DNA of 64,000 nucleotides from Bacteroidia bacterium (GTDB lineage Bacteria; Bacteroidota; Bacteroidia; NS11-12g; UBA9320): the NCBI GenBank assembly GCA_017640445.1, contig JAEPQQ010000001.1, positions 56,769 through 120,768 on the forward strand, in the 5' to 3' direction. The notes under the pieces were generated by a model, which was not told where the DNA came from, did no database searches, and worked only from the letters and a program-made list of their open reading frames with translations. A program made the translations under genes and the position numbers. This document shows, one piece after another, positions 60,701-64,000 of the stretch (within the stretch, counting starts at the first letter, position 1; every line of letters starts with the position of its first letter).

Positions 60701-61292
60701 CTCGAATGACTTCACCCGTGAGGGTCTGAATGGTTTTGTTAGCAGATAATCCAAAGCTCAGGTCGTAATTGATGCCAAAGCCACGGTAGTTGTCATGGAT
60801 TATGGTGGGCAATCCATTCATCTTTATTCCACCGTTTAATCCGACTAACTCTACTTGTTTACCTTCCTTGTTGTGTGCTTGAAAGTCATACGCCTGTATA
60901 ATCCGGGGTTTCTTGTTGATTTTTTTCTCTACTTCGTCACCTTTAAAATCGTCGGGTATTCCACGCATGGCTCTTCCAATGGATCCTGCCTGAAGACTCC
61001 ATCCTAGACCTACCCATCCGGCGTTTTGCTCCGAGTTGATATCGCCCGAGTAGGTCAGATTAATTGGATAACCTCCAATGTCAAAGAGTGGAATAGAGTA
61101 TTGCATGTTACCAGTGAATTGATCCACTAGTTGACCAGGCCCAATCTTTTGAAATCGACTGTATTCCGGAGGTGTAGGCCCTCCTGTTGTGGCCATGGCA
61201 GTCGATATAAGGTCAACAGGGTTGAACATGAGGCCAACGGCCAGGATGCATAAAACTTTTGTGAGTCTGGATTTACGGATACGTATAAGCAT
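54714..61292 (-). CDS. Giant (2192 aa) protein with an N-terminal SpvB/TcB-like domain and C-terminal YD-like repeats
   Basis: The N-terminus PTPPEYSRFQKIGPGQLVDQFTGNMQYSIPLFDIGGYPINLTYSG...GWVGLGWSLQAGSIGRAMRGIP matches the SpvB (Salmonella virulence plasmid 65 kDa B / TcB N-terminal) domain pattern. The C-terminus is AYVYDKDRKRL...FYEYNEAGRL. Nearby is a Cys cluster APCDCGRDDENPMHPLPNCALC. Confidence 0.8.
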   Translation of the reverse strand: MLIRIRKSRLTKVLCILAVGLMFNPVDLISTAMATTGGPTPPEYSRFQKIGPGQLVDQFTGNMQYSIPLFDIGGYPINLTYSGDINSEQNAGWVGLGWSLQAGSIGRAMRGIPDDFKGDEVEKKINKKPRIIQAYDFQAHNKEGKQVELVGLNGGIKMNGLPTIIHDNYRGFGINYDLSFGLSANKTIQTLTGEVIRDSTLSDSIIAIVLRDSSITQKIPILDFKTSYSAFDGNSYEVVPRIGFLDNRWLGGKEKRYHILLSSPSIKFSTEKGLKSMALKKPRFRYGATDVANFGANFLSSSYLPQFNPDIHASVKVFGLAISGDKIFADDRAISGKVVVSTEKYSKKFKASKAYGSLYFQEGTEAEGALLDHQVASMVIDKTTQKLPPTVATYDVFNVSANGVGGSFKIKQNSIGILTPSLGKVTTFTNPKIQVEIGGGTNWEIAGKFGLRHVIKKTERWEGKNEAAPYLKFKDRSVNSTYEPFALRNDFEFVETDMAYDNQLGGKQAIKFGLKSNTRDKLSAWRITNDMVGVQGNDMGTLSAQAAKSSRGARLQAISYLTADEASKQGITAKLRSYQFESTGAACQTSYRVSTTSSGSTSLNYDEIDRASDYRKGHHISEINVLQPDGMLYNFGLPVYQVNEYNVRFAVDGSGSGQDLDDYLSKTTSYTKSGNADDSESNKKGINNFFEEVKTPSYASTFLLTTILSQDYSDLTGDGPTKDDLGNYVKFNYGMPDYNSSSSDMYHSLFNWRTPFTDANWARGYESDELDDQASFSYGQREQWYMHSIETKNEIVVFELEDRADGYGNVGRNGGINTSGNRQKCLVGIKIFDRASFEKDGLSASPTREIKLGYSYDLCQGVKTYQAPSVSSSCNEHPLKDLVAGYGSNVKFSGGKLTLHTLQFIDHSFGMATSDPYLFEYNTANPDYAYLSGDRWGTYHPLDLYKKSGVSDDRQTTLAHFPYTHQDPNNIDTWASAWMMSDVTLPSGGKITWTYESDDYAYVQNEPAMVMRPISGIRGSLSDYDDNELYDGIQDPNLYITFEKDPGTTSVDYITNDSLVFFSFNVNLARTGERLANEQVSGFFSVVEHGDIASTNKAYIKVAPYELGRLQPTKVNPVTKMALQYALSNVPHVMNPKGYTKRSNTSEKIDDAVNQAVGIIPEYIKSIMGSVNYYQARSHAQRIDIDRSFIRLLHPQRKKYGGGHRVKTVTTYDGWHHMSDSTESEASYTTLYTYNKGSDSTSTSGVAIYEPFIGGEENPLVRPIQYEALKDVYRRKRSGPLGSVSIGYDLGPIGEEFYPAAQVGYSKVTVQHVAPHQDIVRHQTGRTEYEFYTAYDFPTKSSMTTIDKRIRNFTSPQLKDTFKSKEPSTDGVAKEPAESDSKKFTFGFDVQAKLGFAAASQGFMIEQNDMHGKPKSVKTFKPNGKNAITSKTFHYKMDSKNALVNTVTVLRKDGSFEDVEMGVQMVPTVFAFRTTEINQDGAITPNVDIANPMPIPIIPSVFGSYAYHSNDSRIMIVTKQVFRNGILDSIHTMDKGNHTFIKNMAWDAVTGKVMVTKTKDEFNDNVYTLNKPAYWMNGQLAGAYENLGLTVELQWNGSSLTDPSGSLLPGDILVPDDFANTTKYWVLSSHNGTVELIDQLGNNTTPTNRLRVFRSGHKNLLTYGAETIVLKDNPLDHSTGKWHEFANWDKVISAKTIDYHDERKMLYKFRYCAEPMCTLPAVPQVSGDLTAYGYGYRNTPSSYTQDFGFHYDSLDSGAGNGIFYGKPAPCDCGRDDENPMHPLPNCALCSMWSAFHPGDIINPYVYGLKGNWRPASEVVYYEKRNAHSTRVQVQDVSTDPNSTNIRESGYLSDFKPYWTYNSSTSTWQKNSTQSLTNPWTWKDSVTKTDFLGNDLETVSALNGIRNSILYDYQRSLPVAAVSNAAYNEVLFESFEDYSGDAYVELNCQDYLGLNTVVTPDWQEEFCESFRHWRVGEALIGGVNRISEQQAHTGNKALMLGDGWTDVELDNDASDEGAPSPGTPSNVLTKSHFATNFYLKPDTDQEYIVSLWVKEGFEGQFEFHLTKDVGGTSTPVGLTTETPDVFVNEWRKMTYRFTLLAGEEIERMRFMVNRRTGEPALPCFVDDIMIFPEDAIMNAYVYDKDRKRLMASLGPNNFATFYEYNEAGRLQRNKVETDRGIMTLSENYQSFKD

Positions 61293-61330
61293 TTTGGTAT
61301 TCTTTTGGTGTTTAAGTGATTAAGGTTGGT

Positions 61331-62494
61331 TTAATGATTGCGAGGTTGGTCGGTTTGGTCTTCAAACCGGATACGAACAAAAAACGGATCAGATTTGCCA
61401 TTAGTGATCTCAAATACATAGGTAATGTCTGTCTCCAGATCTTGAATGTCTTCAGGTTTCAAGGCGAGGTTGGTTTTTCCTTCGGTCTTGTTTGTTTCGA
61501 TCAACTGACCTATTTCAAACCACTCGTTTGATGTTTCCGAGCGGATACGCGCAGACCAGTCCATTTGTTCATCTGAGTGATACCGGTCCTCAAACACAAA
61601 ACCGAGTTTCCGGTTTACTGGATGACCGTAGGCTTCCATTCCGAGTTTGGGTTTGACAACGTAGAAATACTCTATGGGTTTGGGTTGGTCAATCTCGAAC
61701 TCCCATACGTCGCTGGTGCCAATGTGAACATCACCGATGTAAGCAGATACCTGCCAGGCATAGCGCTGACCTCGACGTAAGTCATTTAATTGGCCAGGGA
61801 ACATCTGAGAAATAGTGGTGAGGTTCGTGCGTTCGTAAACAGCGCGGTTTCTTCGAATTGCATCTTCTGCCGTTTGTCCTTCGAGCATGTTGACCAAGCG
61901 GAATGTATAACGGAGGTTGGAGCTATTTCCGAAGGGCATTGGAGGAATCCAGTTGAAGTTGGGTCGAAGGTCCTCGACCACGGATTCGTCTTCAGGGGTG
62001 TTCAGAAGCAAGGGTGTTATGGTTTCCGAATGTGCTTGACCGCAAGCAGTGTAATTTTGTTCAATCTGAAACGCCCGTTTACAGGCTTCTTCAGTGTCCA
62101 TGCATGTTAGCCGAATACAATAAGTGTATTCCCCGGGTGGAAGGAATGAAGTACTCTTTTCGATAGCCGACAAGTTATGGTTTAGGTACCTGCTCTGAGA
62201 AATGCCAAAGGAGGTTGGATTGTAGCTATTTACACCTGGCTCGATGGAATGGGTCCTACTTTGAAATTGCACCACCAGGCCACTTGATTCATGGCTGAGT
62301 TCGGCTTCGTATCTGACAGTAACGGAATGGGAGCCAGCAAGTATTATGTCAAAGTTTAGAATGTCTTTGCTGGCCAACTGAAAACCGTTGATGGGGTGCG
62401 GATTGATGACTACCTGGCTTTTAACTATCGTGGTACTGGATAAGAAGAAACACAGGAATGCAATACAAGTTAGATTGAGATTGGGTCTGTTCAT
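61331..62494 (-). CDS. Hypothetical secreted protein. It is the first gene of the toxin operon. Translation starts at an internal Met of the listed ORF.
   Basis: Signal MNRPNLNLTCIAFLCFFLSSTTIVKSQ at Met 20. Its stop lies 38 bp upstream of the SpvB-like gene. Confidence 0.5.
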   Translation of the reverse strand: MNRPNLNLTCIAFLCFFLSSTTIVKSQVVINPHPINGFQLASKDILNFDIILAGSHSVTVRYEAELSHESSGLVVQFQSRTHSIEPGVNSYNPTSFGISQSRYLNHNLSAIEKSTSFLPPGEYTYCIRLTCMDTEEACKRAFQIEQNYTACGQAHSETITPLLLNTPEDESVVEDLRPNFNWIPPMPFGNSSNLRYTFRLVNMLEGQTAEDAIRRNRAVYERTNLTTISQMFPGQLNDLRRGQRYAWQVSAYIGDVHIGTSDVWEFEIDQPKPIEYFYVVKPKLGMEAYGHPVNRKLGFVFEDRYHSDEQMDWSARIRSETSNEWFEIGQLIETNKTEGKTNLALKPEDIQDLETDITYVFEITNGKSDPFFVRIRFEDQTDQPRNH

Positions 62495-62757
62495 GCTTAT
62501 TTTTTTAGAAATGAAAAAACAGTAAAGTCTATTATGGTAAGTTGGAAACATGTAACCAAATCACCCCATTTATTTGATAAGATCGAAGGGCCGTTTTGAA
62601 TCTGGTAGAGTTGACTTTGATTCTGGTGTAACAGCAAATTGTGACTAGTTAGAGGCAGCTGTATTATTGTATTTCGCATTATTTATATTTGTGTAAGGGT
62701 GCTTCTGGTAAATCCAGAATGCCCGACTTACACAAACCCGCCCTTAAAAACCTGAAA

Positions 62758-63501
62758 ATGAAACCTACTACGTATAGCGTTGTCATTGTAGACGACGAGG
62801 CCCGTGCCCGCCAACATTTACAAGCGTTGTTTGAAGACTATTGTCCTGAATTTAACTTGGTTAGTGCGTTTGAGAATGCGAAAGATGCAATTTCGCATTT
62901 ACGTACACATCCCGTCGATGTGGTGTTTTTGGATATAAAAATGCCGGAAATGAGTGGCTTGGAGATGCTTAAGCACTTTAAGCCCAATGGAACCAAGTTC
63001 GTTTTTTTTAGTGCTTATGACGATTATGGCGTAGAAGCTATCAAACTTGGTGCATTCGATTACATTCTCAAACCGCCACGAATTGGAGACTTGAGAAACC
63101 TGGTGGCGAGACTTGATGACTCTCCGGCTATTCACCATAAGGATTTAATAACGGCAGTCGGTGGTAAGATATGTGTGCCTATTGCACATGGTTTTAAGGT
63201 CATAGAGGTGTCATCAATTTCACATATTGTCTCAGACAATTCATATTGTGAGGTCTACCTTGTGGAGGGAGGAAGATTGGTAGTGTCAAAAAGTATTAAA
63301 GATTTTCAACACAACCTTGAGCCGGTTGGCTTCTTCCGGATTCACAACAAGTATTTGATCAACCTGGAACATCTTAATTCGTTTAGCGCTCTGGATGGTG
63401 GTTTTGCCGCTATGGACTCGGGCGACACCTTGCCGATATCCAGACGTCGTTTGGCTCAATTTAAAAGTCAGGTCAAACGTAAATACTCATCCTTAGGATG
63501 A
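62758..63501 (+). CDS. LytTR-family response regulator
   Basis: Receiver domain SVVIVDDEARAR...VDVVFLDIKMPEMSGLE, plus a C-terminal LytTR domain (SYCEVYLVEGGRLVVSKSIKDF...FFRIHNKYLINLEHL). The start at 62758 avoids an N-terminal extension. Confidence 0.8.
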   Translation: MKPTTYSVVIVDDEARARQHLQALFEDYCPEFNLVSAFENAKDAISHLRTHPVDVVFLDIKMPEMSGLEMLKHFKPNGTKFVFFSAYDDYGVEAIKLGAFDYILKPPRIGDLRNLVARLDDSPAIHHKDLITAVGGKICVPIAHGFKVIEVSSISHIVSDNSYCEVYLVEGGRLVVSKSIKDFQHNLEPVGFFRIHNKYLINLEHLNSFSALDGGFAAMDSGDTLPISRRRLAQFKSQVKRKYSSLG

Positions 63502-64000
63502 AACGAATTGTATTGTCCGTAGTGCTGTTCTTACTAGCACTAGCATCGCTACGTGCACAAGTTCACCACTTGAGGTTTGGGCTTGAGCAGGGCCTTCCCA
63601 GTAATACCACATACGGTATATGTCAAGATGAACAAGGGAGAATCTGGGTGGCTACCGAAAATGGATTGGTTTACCTTGAAAACGGGCTGCTTCACCCCGT
63701 TAAAGACCTGAATCTGCCGAAACAGGTGTTACGCGTTTATGCAAGGCGGGATAGCGGCGTGGTAATTGTTGGTAATAATCCCGTTGGCGCCTATCAGGTG
63801 TTTAGAGACGGTCCGAGTAAGGCTTTAGAGTTACCTGCTCAATTCAAAGCGTTCGATGGACTCGTAGTTGCGTTCTCAAAAAATGAAGATGCTCTATACT
63901 TTGGAGATAAAGGGCATAAGCTTTTGAAAACCACCCTTGACAGATTGGACACCATACTAGATCTGCATTCAAAGGGGACATTGAAAGAGGTTCTGGTGCA
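63498..64000 (+). CDS. Sensor histidine kinase with N-terminal two-component-regulator propeller repeats. The 3' end is beyond the window.
   Basis: ATGA overlap with the response regulator stop. Signal MKRIVLSVVLFLLALASLRAQ, then GLPSNTTYGICQDEQGRIWVATENGLVYLENG, which resembles the Reg_prop repeat. Confidence 0.55.
   Translation, partial: MKRIVLSVVLFLLALASLRAQVHHLRFGLEQGLPSNTTYGICQDEQGRIWVATENGLVYLENGLLHPVKDLNLPKQVLRVYARRDSGVVIVGNNPVGAYQVFRDGPSKALELPAQFKAFDGLVVAFSKNEDALYFGDKGHKLLKTTLDRLDTILDLHSKGTLKEVLV

Noticed and set aside
1-64000. Searched for tRNA/rRNA genes, transposase/integrase genes and flanking direct repeats that would mark the toxin locus as a mobile island
   Set aside because: No cloverleaf-like or rRNA-like segments were seen in intergenic regions. 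No transposase/integrase-like ORFs were seen. The toxin operon's GC content and codon usage look similar to its surroundings by eye, so mobility cannot be asserted from this window.

Overview
This is a 64 kb window from a Bacteroidota-type chromosome with roughly mid-40s % GC and no Shine-Dalgarno-dependent gene starts. No rRNA, tRNA, CRISPR array, transposase or integrase was recognised. Positions 1-41.4 kb are a dense run of mostly plus-strand genes for small housekeeping, stress and xenobiotic-response proteins. These include a 5'-truncated alkaline phosphatase, YtxJ, an acyl-CoA thioesterase, gcvT, ppa, AlkB, trxA with an AhpD-like protein, and an agmatine deiminase. There are five VOC/glyoxalase proteins, four SRPBCC proteins, three DUF1801 proteins, two GyrI-like proteins, two SAM methyltransferases, three AraC regulators, one ArsR and one Crp/Fnr. 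There is one T9SS-sorted secreted protein, and one SDR gene interrupted by an in-frame TAA. Positions 41.4-62.5 kb hold a tightly packed minus-strand operon that I consider the standout system. Its gene order is: a 387-aa secreted protein, a 2192-aa protein with an N-terminal SpvB/TcB-like domain and C-terminal YD repeats, a 226-aa secreted protein, a 3331-aa protein, and an 822-aa protein with an N-terminal coiled coil and a C-terminal predicted outer-membrane beta-barrel. The 3331-aa protein has a roughly 2200-aa Cys-rich N-terminal region, then an RHS/YD-repeat shell of about 860 aa that ends in the canonical RHS core terminus (YSCYANNPIWIIDPSGA), then a 252-aa C-terminal polymorphic-toxin-like domain with a LysM-like segment. 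This resembles a Tc-toxin B-C or teneurin-like polymorphic toxin module, but there is no recognisable TcA, no T9SS C-terminal domain on the giant proteins, and no obvious immunity gene downstream. A divergently transcribed LytTR response regulator and a propeller-domain sensor kinase flank the locus at 62.7-64 kb. All protein family assignments were made by eye from motifs; none was checked against a database.
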